A DNA stretch of 60,950 bases, the filler included, from Sphacelaria rigidula (lineage: Eukaryota): the NCBI GenBank assembly GCA_964200075.2. It is 4 parts of 4 records of this genome, joined end to end, with 100 filler letters (N's around TTAATTAATTAA, not from the genome) between each part and the next. Parts side by side here need not be neighbours in the genome. Positions count along the whole stretch, not along the records: positions 15,268 to 30,432 come from CAXNAA020001881.1; positions 30,533 to 45,691 come from CAXNAA020001882.1; 2 more parts are not named here. One strand, 5' to 3'. The translations under genes and the position numbers were made by a program. Below are positions 23,701 to 36,500 of the stretch, piece after piece (position 1 is the stretch's first letter; each line of letters starts with the position of its first letter). A model generated the notes under the pieces. It made no database searches. It was not told the origin of the DNA and saw only the letters and a list, made by a program, of their open reading frames with translations.

Positions 23701-26700
23701 TGCCATGCCTGTCGGAGCTGGTCTTGGATATGTATACGGCAGCGTTTTGGCTTCTTCCAGTCTAGGGTGAGTCTAGGGGAAGTCGGCAGATATATCTTAG
23801 TCGATAGCAGCACACATGGGCACTGTTGTATGCATCAACTCTGCATCATATACGTCACGATATATGTGTTGTTCCTCAGGGATGTTGATATCTTCAGTGC
23901 CCATGCTCATTTGTCCGAGCACTTGAGTCCTACTAGTCCTACGAGTTGGGGGGGGGAGGGGTACTCATGGTCGTGCATCCCACAATCATAAGACCATTGA
24001 CCTCGCATCCCTACAAAGCCGGGACCGAGCACGCCGGGTGTTCGCCGGACCAGGCTCACAATCAATCACCAAGCGCAAAGCGCAGTGGTGTGTTCGGTGG
24101 GTCGCACGAAGGATGAGCTGCATCCTGCTAAGTTTGTTCGGCCCGAAGCCTACTGATTATCTTGCATTTGATTGGCAGCCTACAATGAGTTGCTTTATTT
24201 CTGGTATCGCAGGTCGCCCCGGTGGCTCAGTTAGTAACCTCGAAACCCTCTGACGGTTGAGTCGTGGGTTCAATTGCCGGAGCGGTCGGGATTTTTTCTC
24301 ACCCCATGCCCAACAGTGGAGAGCGACCATGTCGTGGGTACACAAAATACGACTTCACGGTCGACGAGGGAAAGGGACTGCTGAACCTCTCTCGCGATAA
24401 AGAATAAAGGCAAGCACCGCAGAAGGAAGGTGGAGAACTAAAAACAAACAAAGAAGAAAAAACTCCTGTGTTGACCTTACTCCTGTGCGACCCCGGCTGG
24501 TGCGACCACTTATACCGAAAGGTGTAGACCGGCGTCCAGCATAGATGGGGCGACAACACACAATAACACACATCGCCACTTCCAGAGACAGCCACGACTT
24601 ATACACTGCCTTGTGGGTGTCTCACCATTAAACATTACGTGGTTCGATCATCCCCATTGTGCGGAGTTGAGGCTCTCCCACGCCGCACAACATAATCTAG
24701 CTCGACTACCATCATGGTTACCGCAAAAAAACGCAAGCGCGAAAAAAAACCCCGGTAGCCTAGTTGCCTAGCTTACGGAGTGAGTTGCGTGGTTTATAGC
24801 GTCATTGTCAACCGACGCCAACCCTATCGGGGTCTGCCCCTACAAAGCCGGGATGGAGCACGCCAGGTTCTCGCCGGACCAGGCTGAGTTGGGGGGAGGG
24901 GGTGGCAAGACGTGGGGGAGGGGGAAACGGACAAATCATTTGGTTCTGGGGAATGGTCTATACCGTAGGTATGGATGGACGCCAGTTGGAAACAGGCCCC
25001 ATAAATAAGTTGTTTAATCTACATTATGTCAGCGAATAGGCTTGCAGCGAGGCTACCATGGTTGAGGGGGCGGGTGGCTTGGTTCATACTTCAAGCGTCA
25101 TCCTACTGTGTGTGCTGCCTGTCTCCGCACATCGGCACACCTGCGGGCAACTTCTGAAGAAATCTTAGCAAAAACACCAGAAAAAAGTAGTCGCTGAGCG
25201 AGTGTCTAGTTTTGTTTCTTTCACAGTGGGTGCATCTATCTTGTATCTAGTGACCACCACTCGATTCCTAGGCGATCGCTTTGTGTGCGACGACCAATCA
25301 CACCATCAACCAATACAATACGCTGCTGGCGCGATGACCGCTCATGGTGGTCTGCATGCCTCCCAGCACCCCCCCTTGTTCGCTGGCAGTTCATGCCCGA
25401 GATTACAGTAGCATTTCTAGCAGCTAGTCGAGTACAGTAGTTCTATACTACTGGTAACTGTACCGAGGTGGTATCCCCAGTCGATGGAAGATGATATGGC
25501 GATGCTTGAGGCGATGGGCATTTCATGGTGACATGCGGCATATTCGCGTCGACGACCTTTTTTAGCCCCCCAAATACCCATGTTTCTACGTTGGTGTGTC
25601 TCTCCACTGAAGAGAGAGGATCTCCAACGTAGCAAAAGCGTGCCCACTTGGCGTCCAACCACACATGCAGTATCGGATGTTGAGGGAGTTGGGTCACCTT
25701 GATACAGGGTGATGGCGGTGACTCATGTTGTTGGCATGGGTAAAACGTTTCCCATCAATCATAGCTGGCGTAACGGCAGGAACGCTTGCCTCACACCCCT
25801 GGTCGTTGCCTGCCCTCACTGTCAGGTGGCCGTGGGCCTTCTACCTGGAAGCGCTGATCATGGCGCCTCTGGCGATAGCCTGCGGTCTAGTCCCGCGCGA
25901 CCAAGCCACGTTCGCCCCAAACTCGGCAGACTACGGCTGTGACAGCACATCGCCATCCCTGGGTTCCAAACCGCCATTTGCCAGGCACAACAGTAGCTCG
26001 CCGGCCGAGCTCAATTCTATATCCTATCGTACTTACGAAGCTTCTGGCCACGATGCTAGGCACGGCGGAAGGCGTGATGCTTGTCGTGACAGCGATGATG
26101 AGTCATGCTCAACAGAGCCTCCGTCGAGGTCAGGGGAAGCACCAGAACGTCGACAGGGACAGGGAGCACGACCCCGCCCGCACGTAACTCGATCAGGATC
26201 GGGATCCAAGTCGGCGTTGGGATCAGGAGGAGTCAGCGATGATAGCGGCTTTGAATTAGAGGAGGCGGGGGACAGGGAGGTATCTGCTGCGGGAAGGGCT
26301 GAAGGAGCGGGAGGCACGAGTGAACGAGGGACGCTGCTAGTTGACACGAACAATAGCCATGCTAGTGCCACTAGAGATTACGGCTCATCCGTGGAGTCAT
26401 GTAGGCGGAATAGCAATGATGACAACGTTTCTAGCGCGGGGTGTGATAATATCGGGGGCCCCGAGTGTGAGGAAGAGGAAGGGGACTCGGAACAGGGACG
26501 CGGGATCGCAAGGTTGAAAGAACCTTCGTCACTGGGGTCGCTGAATAGCACCGATGGTGGTGTTGCTTTTGATTCGACAAGAGTATCACGAGTGGAGCAG
26601 CGCACTACCAACCCATCACAGCAGTGTCGTCGCCCCGATGGCAACGAGAGCGACGCCTTGATTTCTGTAGCTACAGCTACCAGCGGAGCGATACAACATC

Positions 26701-28123
26701 CGGACCTACTAGGAGACCTCCTAGGCGTTCTAAATCGCCCGATTTTTGTCCTGGTCGTGTTCGGCGCCGCGGCTAACGCTGCGGTTACGGCCGGCATGAG
26801 TACATTCGGAACAGGGTTCATTCTGGCTCTGGAGCTCCTTCATTCGGAAACTGCGGCCGCAGCGACCTTTGGAGCCATCATCTGCGCGGCTGGTTTGATC
26901 GGGACCCCCGCCGGCGGAGGGTTGATTGATTCGGCGGATGTCGAGGGGAGACTAGGGGATGAGAGGAAGCTGGCGGTCGTGATGCATCAGGCGTTGTGTT
27001 TGGTGTCTGGCGCTACAGGTAAGTGGTCTTGTGTTATGCACTGGATGTTGTGACGCAAGTTCTGCTGGATTTTTGGAGTGTGAAGGCTGGAATATTGAAA
27101 ATTGTAGTCAAATGAATGTTTTGTTCTTTACATGATGGGTTTCTCGGGTTCGCTTCCGCAGATGCTGGAAAACCCCAGCCGTGTTTATACTCTCAACTGG
27201 ATTGGAATGCCGTGCTCTTCTCTCGCCATATCGTTACACGCTCAATCTGATGGCGCTTCTCGCTACAAGAAGTAGGGGAAATGCCTTCGCCGCTGGACCT
27301 TCGTTTGCATGCATTCTCCGTGCAATCTCTGTATCCATCTTGGTGGGCACGAGTGACATTGATCTAACCCTTTACCACGTGTTTTCCCCGCACCCTGCAC
27401 TCCGCGTCGGAGAGAAACGCGGCACACCCCTAAGCTTTTCGCAACGCTCCCTCGCGCTCACGTTCTGTTCGGCAAACAAACCACTGTCATAATCCAGTGG
27501 TGTTGGTGGCGGCAACAGCACAGTCGTCGCTTCTCCCGTTCCTCACGCTGTTCTTCATTGGCGCGACGCTTCTCTTCGCCTACACCCCACACATGAACCT
27601 GGCGGTGATGTTGGCGGCTCCAGCGCACCTACGCCCGCTGGCTATCGCCATCAATTCGGTCATGCTCCATGCCTTGGGTGACGTGCCCAGCCCTACTGTT
27701 GTCGGCGCAATCAAAGACGCACTTGCACCTCACTGTGTCGGTTCATCATCACCATTAAATAATCACCACGTCATCGCCGGCGTTATGTATGAGAAATTGT
27801 GGCCAACCACCGAATATGCAGCAACAGCAGCTGGTATTTCTAGCGGCGGTATGGATAGCTCGGACGGCTTTAGCTCAGACGGCTTTCCCATCGACGGTTT
27901 CGCAAATGCAAACACCCGTCTGTTGGATGGTGATACGTGGGCCGATCTGGGTGCAATACGTGATGGTCGAGGGGGTCAAGTAATGGGAGATGGGCTTAAA
28001 ACGGTGTGGGAGGGGTTGGCAGCGGCTACATTAACGGCCGCCGGGGAGGGAGCAGACGGTCAGACGGAAGATGGAGGAGGTGGCCTAGGAACGGCCTTTG
28101 GAATCAGCGACGCGTGTAGGTGA
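17747..28123 (+). CDS. Spinster-like (SPNS) MFS sphingolipid/lysolipid transporter, >823 aa; 3' exon not located
   Basis: Exons 17747-17968, 21863-21968, 22866-23019, 23593-23766, 25826-27018, 27498-28119; phases consistent. Motifs VNLVNYLDRG, GVLQSAFILG, RLLSGVGEASF, WLALFYTAMPVGAGLGY, WPWAFYLE, HALGDVPSPTVVGAIKD. A perfect donor AG|GTGAGT at 28119/20 suggests one more exon. Confidence 0.88.
19472..19644. mobile_element. PIF/Harbinger (Tourist-like) MITE, 173 bp
   Basis: TIRs GGCCAACTCTTATGG(A/G)[28 protein letters not shown] on both sides; in intron 1 of the MFS gene. Confidence 0.85.
20680..20958. repeat. Imperfect ~80-bp inverted repeat (foldback/MITE-like)
   Basis: GCGCAGAGCTGGCTTTTTCGAGTTGGGACATGAAAC.. 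is mirrored by ..TTTCACGTCCCAACCCGAAAAAGTGAGCTCTGCGTGGC. Confidence 0.6.
23962..24885 (-). mobile_element. Unclassified ~555-bp non-autonomous retro-like element with 48-bp direct repeats, in a G-rich target; carries a SINE insertion
   Basis: Homologous (reverse complement) to 43763-44314. Direct repeats at 24009-24056 and 24838-24885. Flanked on both sides by GAGTT(G)nAGGGG (TSD-like). Confidence 0.7.
24211..24571 (+). mobile_element. tRNA-derived SINE, full length
   Basis: A box GGTGGCTCAGTTAG, B box GGTTCAATTGCC, (AC)-rich tail, ATCGC TSD. Homologous copies at 40395-40620 and 46020-46631. Confidence 0.85.
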
Positions 28124-30432
28124 GTCGGAACGTAGTGTCGGGCTTTTGGAGAAGGAAGGTGGAATAGCAGGCATGGAAAAACGAAGCGCTGAGTGCTGAA
28201 GCAGAGGTTTTCGTTCATCATCTCTTTTGGTGATCCTTTCCTGTGATACCTACGACATAAAGGGGTGGTTTCCTTGTGACAAGATGTGATGACATGTCAT
28301 GCGATATTACGCGAATGCCGTGGCCGTTCTGTTGTTGGGGTATTTTCGCGAATGTCGCTTTTATCGACCGTTGTGGAAGGTGAGCGGAAGAGAATTCCAG
28401 CAGAGAGGACGTGTGTTGAAGAGAAAATCTTGGCAGCTGAGTCAGCAAATTCCGCGAACTGGTGGTAGTGAAGAAGCACGCACGCAGGTTGCAACACGCA
28501 CCCACCTTGGAGTACAGCCTTGTTCCAACAGCTGATCAGAGCTCCAAATCCCCTGTGCTCTCGGCTGCCTCGTGCGCATGCTGCGTCGCTATGCTGCTAT
28601 ATGCCGTCTGGTCAAAACCCTGTCTGATCGGAGCTCGTTAGAGAGGAGAGGAGAGGGTTGCACCTGACGCTATTCCTTATAGCATCGTGGTTGCTATGGG
28701 CCATCTTGTTTTTCTTTCTGGCGAAAGTACTGCAAAACGGAGGGCTCGAGCACGACAAGGTCCCTGTTCGTTGGGGCGATGTGTCCGGTGAGCTGCTACA
28801 CGGTTGATTGTCGGCACATGCTTTGGTTGGGCGTGTACATGTGACGTCGCGGTCCCCCTCCCCCGAAGCGATCTGTTGTACTCCATTCTAAGCGCCATCC
28901 ATCCTCTTCACTGCAATATTTTGACGCGGTGGCACGATGTATGAAGCGACGTATTCCCCCCCTTGGCATATGTGGGGTTGGCTTTTCCCTGCTCGGCTAG
29001 TATTGCTATGCACTTTCACGCCGTATCGCTAGGTACCTGATTGATGAAACAAAAACCCGCGTTCAAATCGCCCGTCTGGTGTGGGGGAAGGGGTCGATGA
29101 AGCCACAGCATTGCTTGTGCAAGAAGGCGATGGCTATGGTGCATGCATGTGTTCGCTGCATTTTGGAAGCTTGAAAGCAAACATGAACCTGACCATAATG
29201 CTTTAGCCCCTACCCCCACTTTTGGCTACCGGCCGTTCTCTCCAAAGTTTTTTCATTTTTCGGAAAAATCTAGCACCATCACAGCTCGTCAAGACCCCCC
29301 TCCCTCCATTCCCCACCCCCAGTTTGTACAAATTGGGCAACCAAATCCGACCTTAATTCGAACATCCTTAACGCGACAAAAGCAGTCCTTACCTGTTTCT
29401 GTTTCGGCATCAAGAGTGATGAACCAGCACATGCACGTCCCTCCTAACCCGCACACGCGCAAACACACCAGGCCTTTTAGCAAAGTTCTACTCCGGGATC
29501 AAGTGCGGAGGGGGGAGATTCACACGCTTCTGCCGGCCCAAGAGAAGACAAAATTCGTTGAATAGTGTATCGGCGTTTGCCGCGCGTGGCGATAGGTCAT
29601 TTTTTCGTCAGACAGCTTGGAAGCTGGGGTTAAGTTCTCGGAAACCCCGCAGTGGTGGGGTGTCGTCGTTGGGGGTGGAGAGGGGCGAGGAGGGGGAGAT
29701 GGTATCTAGTCTACAACAACCGTTGTTGTTTTCCGGCGGGTCTAAAGCCCTTTCTCCGACTAGCTGCTCGTCGGAGCAGGAGGTGTAGCTGTCCCTTTCA
29801 ATGTTGAGGTTGTACGTGTTTTGTTGTGTCGAGTGTTTTTGTTCCATTTGCGTTCAAGCGAGCGAAGGTTTCGACCACAGCTGAGGATCTTTTGGCGTCA
29901 AGTGTAGAGCAATCATGTACGTCGTGTAGCCAGGGGGTCGGTGGAGGACGGGAAGGGGGTGTCTAGGCTAGAGCAGTGGTTTTTGCATGGTGGCAGATCT
30001 AAGGGTCATTCTCCAACTAGACAGAAGACAGTAATACTGCCGCTGCTGCGGTCAAAATTCCAACCCACGCCTGCACAAGAATACCCACATCGGCATAATA
30101 GCTGTACTACAGGTAAGCAACGCAAATACGAAAACGAACACCTCTGAATGCTCTGTGCCAGAGAAGAGAGTACAGCGGTTTACCGACATCTCACAGCGTC
30201 CCAAGACGGTAAAAGAGATTGATGTTCGCACAAGTCATCGCTGTTTCGAATCGTCAAATAAATGTACGATTTCGGAGGCCTGATCGCTCGAAAGAGACAA
30301 AAGCGTGTTATCCGCGGGTCATAAACACCTCTGCGTAGTTTTTGCGCTTTTTTACGTGCAACAGTGTTTTCGTGAGATTGAGAGTAGATGATACGATTGA
30401 GAGTGAAAAGCGGTCAATCAGTGAATGAATCA

Positions 30433-30532
30433 NNNNNNNNNNNNNNNNNNNNNNNNNNNNNNNNNNNNNNNNNNNNTTAATTAATTAANNNNNNNNNNNN
30501 NNNNNNNNNNNNNNNNNNNNNNNNNNNNNNNN
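30433..30532. other. Assembly spacer
   Basis: 100-bp N block with TTAATTAATTAA. Confidence 0.98.
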
Positions 30533-33500
30533 GTTGTCGCTTTCACCGTATCCTAGAGTTACTCGTCTCCCCCACTCGTTCCCAGTGTGACAGTTTAAGA
30601 GACGACCAACTAGACTACTGACCAGTCAGCGACGGTTCAAGAGACAACCTACTAGACTACTGACCAGTCAGCGCTGACTGGTCAGGAGTCTAGTTGGTTG
30701 TCTCTCAAACCGTCACATGCCCCACCGGCCTGCTTTTTCGCCTTTTCACCAACAGGACCCGCGCAGAACAGCAACAACTGATAACTGACTATGCGTCGCA
30801 GGAGCCTGCGCTGACGCAAGATATCCTCGGCAAACAGCGTGACGCTGCCGCCGTCGCTGTCCGCCTCCTTTTGGAGGAGCACGCGAGTACCCTCAAGGAC
30901 CTCCAGCGGCAGGCCTCCCTTGCTCAATCCACGAGCACGGCGGCTCCACGAGAGCTCGACGAAGGCCGTACTCAAAGACGGTTTCGTCAACTCGAAGATC
31001 ATGTTCAGCGGACCGCCCAAGCAGCGGCTTCGTCGGCGGCCCGCCTAACTGATGATCAAGCCGTTCCGCCTTCCACCGACAACTTGTTCAGGCCCCACCT
31101 GCCGGCGTCCAACAGAGCGATTTATGTCATCCCTCGCAAGTCCAACAGGATGTCGCCTGCTGCGGCCGCTGCCGCCGCCATGACGCCTCCGACACCGCCG
31201 CGTCACGGAGTTAGCTCGGTGCCGCACACAGTTTCTTTGCCAAACTTGTGACTGGTGTCACACGAACGATAATCGTTTTCTCGTCCTGTGTCAACCTATA
31301 CCAATCCCTTCGACCGGCGAAACCACCTGCACTGCTCCCCAACCGCATCGGCCTTGATATCCCAATGTATTTTTTACACGGTTGGCGTGTATGTCGAACA
31401 GAACGGCTTTCTCCCCAAGGCAGGAGTCTCGATGCTCACCTTGGGCCAACTAGTTTTGCAGACTACCGTTGGCAATCACCGGGACCACCACACTTACGTT
31501 GAAGCGGTCGAGGAACTTTTTGCGGCGCTTCGCGCTGCCTACAGCACTCGTCCCGGCGCTACCCTCCACGTAGACGAAGATAAAGATGGGTGGACTCCCG
31601 CAACATCCAACTGCCGGGGACAGAAGAAAAATCACCGGCGCGGCGACGATGATAATACCGATAGAGCGAATTCACGCCGCCGCCATGGCGGTGGAGGATC
31701 TTCTTCTGGCAGTTCTGGACCAAACCGCCCGCCTCGCAAGCCGGAAGGCAAGAATAACGGAGGTAATTCGTCCGGATCATCCGCATCGGCCTGGAACCGG
31801 TCCGGTGCAGCTCTTCCCGCCTCGGGCTCGGAGACCACCAGGCAAGTGGTTCCTAAGTTGCTTGATATTTCGGCCCGCATTTTAGATTTGTCCGATACGG
31901 ATACACCTGACCGTCCTTTGTCTTCTACTGCAGCCCGCGCCTTAGCAACGGCTGCGGCTGACAAAGAACGTTTCGAAGCTAGCAAAAAAGCAGCTTCCGA
32001 TAGAGCTGAGTCTGCCCGAGTAGCTGCCATACAGAGACAGTATATTCAGATGGATGTGAAAAAACTCTGGCATATCAAAACTGTGCCTGCCGCGGATAAC
32101 GAGGATTCGGGCCAGTTTACTTCTGCCCTCATCACGTCCATCCACCGCACTGTTTGTAACATCCTTCACTTGGCGGATGTGACTGACCCGCAACGTTTCG
32201 AAGATTCCGACGGGGTAGAGGGCTGGCGGATTCCCTTGCACAATGCATCGATAGATCAGCCGCCGCTCTCCCGACCTCGTTGCTTCTTTGACGCAGGTTC
32301 TCGACGGATTCCTCGCCGAGATGGACCCGGATCGTGCCAAGGGGAAGACAGGCCCGGTATTACTCTCTGATTTGGAGAGGCGTCTGATCGGTTACTGCGA
32401 TAAAAGTGACCAGGCTAGTGCCGACACAACAACAATCACGGAAGCCCTCGCCAGAACGATCAAAATTCTCGCGACAACAAACGTTCCGCTGATACACACC
32501 AGCGGACGGGACCGACACAAAGTTCTAATCCCATTACTGGAAACCCTGGTACCCACACTACGGATCGCTTAGATCCATGACGTGCCGACGCCGGCGTTCT
32601 TCGGCCTTCCACGCCATCGATAGCACGAGCGGAGACTTTTTCAATACAGCCCGCGGAGTCCGTGACAAAAATTGCTCACTCGACCCCGGCACTATCCAGG
32701 AGCGTAACTGACGGCCGTTCATATCGATCCCCGTCTCGAACCTCCACAAAATTTTCAACACAGCCCGCAGAGCCCGCGACTAAGATTGTCCGCCGGCTCT
32801 CCCTGCACTATGCAGGAGCGCAACTGACGGCCGTTCAAATCGACCCCTGTCTTCGTCCCTCCACACACCGCGTAACAGTTGTGACACCCCGCGACTCAGA
32901 CCTACACCCGGCACTGAACTTGGTCCTTCAGTACCGACTATAAGTCTGAGGTGTGGGAAGACCAATCGCCAGTTCCTGAGGCAAAGGCTTCCCTCAGCGG
33001 CCGCACGCACAGGTAGCAGCAAGCCTTTTTCAGCTGGCCCAAGTGTTGCTGATTCGAACCTGACCACATCGAATCATGTAATTCCCAATCAGTTCGATCG
33101 GGCTCCTTCGCCGCGATTTTCAAGACACACGGACCTACCCTCGGCCGGTTTTGATAACAACCGCCCCAACATATCTTCGGCTATGTCCCAACAGCCAAAC
33201 TTGCCTCCGGAAAGCAGCCCACAAGTTTCGCTCCGTCATGCCCCGATGCTGACCCCATCCACGCAACTGGACGCAGTTGTGGTTTCATCCCCAAATGTTT
33301 TGGAAGTTCCCCGACCCTTGTCACGGCGAAAGAGAAAGCACCATAAGCATGCCCCCAAGGACGCGCGCGCATCATTACGTACACCTCTTCCGAGCGGAAA
33401 TCCTCGACCTAAATCTCTCCAAAATGCGACGACTTTGATTTCGACGGCTCCATCAAGTGTCCCGGAAGAAACAAAATCACATGATTCTGACGGCACTACC

Positions 33501-36500
33501 TCTTCAATCGACGGCTCCAGCCCCGCACATTCTGGATCCCCCTCTGACGGTGATCCGTGTCAACCAAGGGCGATCATTTACGAAATCGCCAATGACCGTG
33601 CCACACCTGGAAATAATGTACCTTCCACCCCCTTCTCTGATGAGACATCTGACCCACCGGCGGATCATCCGCCGTGCGTTTTTGCTGTCAGTCCCGCTGA
33701 TCCTGACCAGTTTACCTTGCTGGAACACGGTCCGGATCTTGTTGGCGGCAAAGTGTCTGTCGATCCGGCCACTTTCATTACTCGCGTTGCGATCCATGCC
33801 GGTCCAAACGCTATCACGGCTACGAAATGCGTATCCTTGTTGGACAGCGGCAGCCCGCAAACATTTGGTCGAGAATCAACATGGAAACACATGAAACAGA
33901 CTGGCGCTGCTACTGCAGCTTGCGAAACCACCACCAAACCTCGCGTGTGGGGCGGTTTCGGTGACTCTGGCGCGCCACTGACGACTCGTAAATCCGTAGG
34001 TCTCAGTGTGCAATTCTTTCACAACACCACTCGATCTGCCAGCCTGGCAGTCTGGGCATACGTTGTCCCCGACAGCACCATGCATCACGCCATATTATTG
34101 GGCAGAGATAACTATATGCCGTTTAATAAACGCACCTACCGCACGCTTCCACCACTAACGCCACATTCCCCGCCGCGTGGAGAATTCAACCTCGAGCATT
34201 TCGGTACTCTCCACGGCGCCCTGGCTTATCAGAAGAATCCTCAAGCAACCGGAGCTGCTTACCACCTACGATATAACGGTAGTGTGGGTATAAAACTCTC
34301 CGACGACCCCCAACTTCTTGAAGTTACACTCGTTCGCCGAAATGGCATACCAGCACTTACGGGCCATTATCTTGCCGAAGTGTTACCCCGTATTGGCGCA
34401 CCGGCCGACACAGAACATTTTGTGTCGGCGGGACAACAACTCCTCCCTCTTACGGGACTTGCTAACTTGGAACTCGGCGATGTTTAAGGAATCGCCGCTG
34501 CTCCCCTGATGCATATCCCACTCGAGACGTGCGGCACAGAGCCTGCCGCACCAAACACCACATCTCCGGCGGAGTCAGCACATTGTGTCGATGAACCTTA
34601 TTTCGATCTCGCCTCTGCTACTCCACCCCAGGACCACACCGTGGATCCTTCTCAGTCAAATTCCGATCCTCCTGCTGAAGTGCTTCGACGCTTATCACCA
34701 GATTCTCGGGATAGTTTCTTGGACATGTGGAACCAACTACCGCCACACATGCGCGATATCAATTTTGACCATCATGGGCGCGGCTGGGAACCGGCAGTCA
34801 TCCAAGAACTCAGCGATGTCCTGCTACATTACCAAGACCGATTTTCCCGATCCAAGACGGATCTTGGGCATTGCAAAACACTGCCCTTTGAGGTTACCCT
34901 CCAACCCGGTGTCTCGCCGATTTCTTCTTGGCCACACCATACCAACCCGATCCTTACCAAAAAAGTTAACGCCATCTTGGATGCGTATTTGGGAGCGGGA
35001 CTAATACAACATTCCTCCTCTTCTTGGGCCTCGCCACTTGTGGTCGTCCCCAAAAAGTATGGAAACATACGCAAAACCGTGAATTATCAACGGTTGAACC
35101 GCGTCACTGTAGTCGGTAAACTTCCAATTGCCCGCAATGATGAAGTCTTCCACTCCTTGGGCGAAGGCAAAAATATTCAGCACCTTCGACCTCGCTTCTG
35201 GATTTTTTCAGAATGCTATACATCCTGACACAGTCCCACTGACGGCTTTGTGTACCTCGTCCGGACTTCAAGAGTGGCTTCGAATGGCACAAGGCGCCGC
35301 CAAGGCCCCGGGATGCTTTCAACGCTTGATGCAACGCGTCACCGAGGGCCTCGAGCACATCATCATGTACTTGGATGACGCTTTCGCTTTCGATGCCTCA
35401 CCTATTGCACATATACGCACTTTACGAGGATTTCTCTCTCGCCTACGCACGCACGATTCGATTCTGTCTTCATCCAAAGCTCGCCTTGGTGCGACTGACT
35501 GGGATTCCTTGGGGCATTCCATTTCGCCAGCGGGCCTGCATCCGGATACGAACAAGGTCAAGCCGATGACTGATTTGCCGATGCCAACTAACATTTCTAA
35601 ACTTCGCTCATTGTTTGGCGGGCTATCCTACTACTGCAAAATTTTGAAGAATCTCTCAAAACGGATTCGCGCTCCTACTGAGCTACTCAAGAAAGGAGCC
35701 GTGCTTTCTTTCACCACGGAAATGGAAAATATCACCCGCCAACTACTTGAGACGCTTACCGAAACGCCTGTACTTTGCTTTCCTGATTGGGAGGCAGTAC
35801 AAGATGGCTCCCGCCTTTTCCAACCTCATACTGACGCCAGCACAGACGGATTTCACGGAGTTTTGAATCAACCTCAGCTTGATGGCTCTGTCTGACCCAT
35901 CCTTTATATCAGCCGCGCTACCCTGCCCAACGAGGCCAATTGGAGCCCGCTGGAACTGGAAGGCGGAGTAATCACTCGGGTCATTAAGCGCCTTCGACAA
36001 TATCTGTTTAACGTGCCCTTCGAGATCTATATGGATCACGGAGCACTTGAACAACTCGCCAAGGTTGGTGAACACAACCCTCGTGTACAACGATGGTTGG
36101 TCTTTCTAACAGCATACCAGTATACCATTAAGCACCGTCCAGACAAAACCAACGGGAACGCGGATCGTCTTTCCCGCCTACCTCTGCCACCTACGGCCGC
36201 AGACTCCAGCCCCCTTGCCGTTTAACGGAACCCGATAAACCCGGAATTTACGCGATCAGGCGTTTTTTAACGCCAGTTTACGACCTCAACCTACAATGCC
36301 CGGAAACCGGTATGCATATGGAAGGACCTCGCCCTCTACCATATGACGCCGACTTGGGTGGGTAAGCCCACTACCTCCAATTTGTCGACCCACCTTATCT
36401 CCGACACCTCCAGTCACCCACCTTATCTTCGACAGCACGCGCTCCCGGTCTGCCGCCCGCACCACACCGAGTGCCCCACCGCCAAGCACAAGTTCCACGG

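Noticed and set aside
24211-24290. tRNA gene-like sequence (also 46500-46577)
   Set aside because: Continues into a shared ~290-bp body with tail and TSD, so it is a SINE head and not a tRNA.
29608-29847. Minus-strand ORF that could be the last exon of a convergent gene
   Set aside because: No homology recognisable and no upstream exons before the gap.
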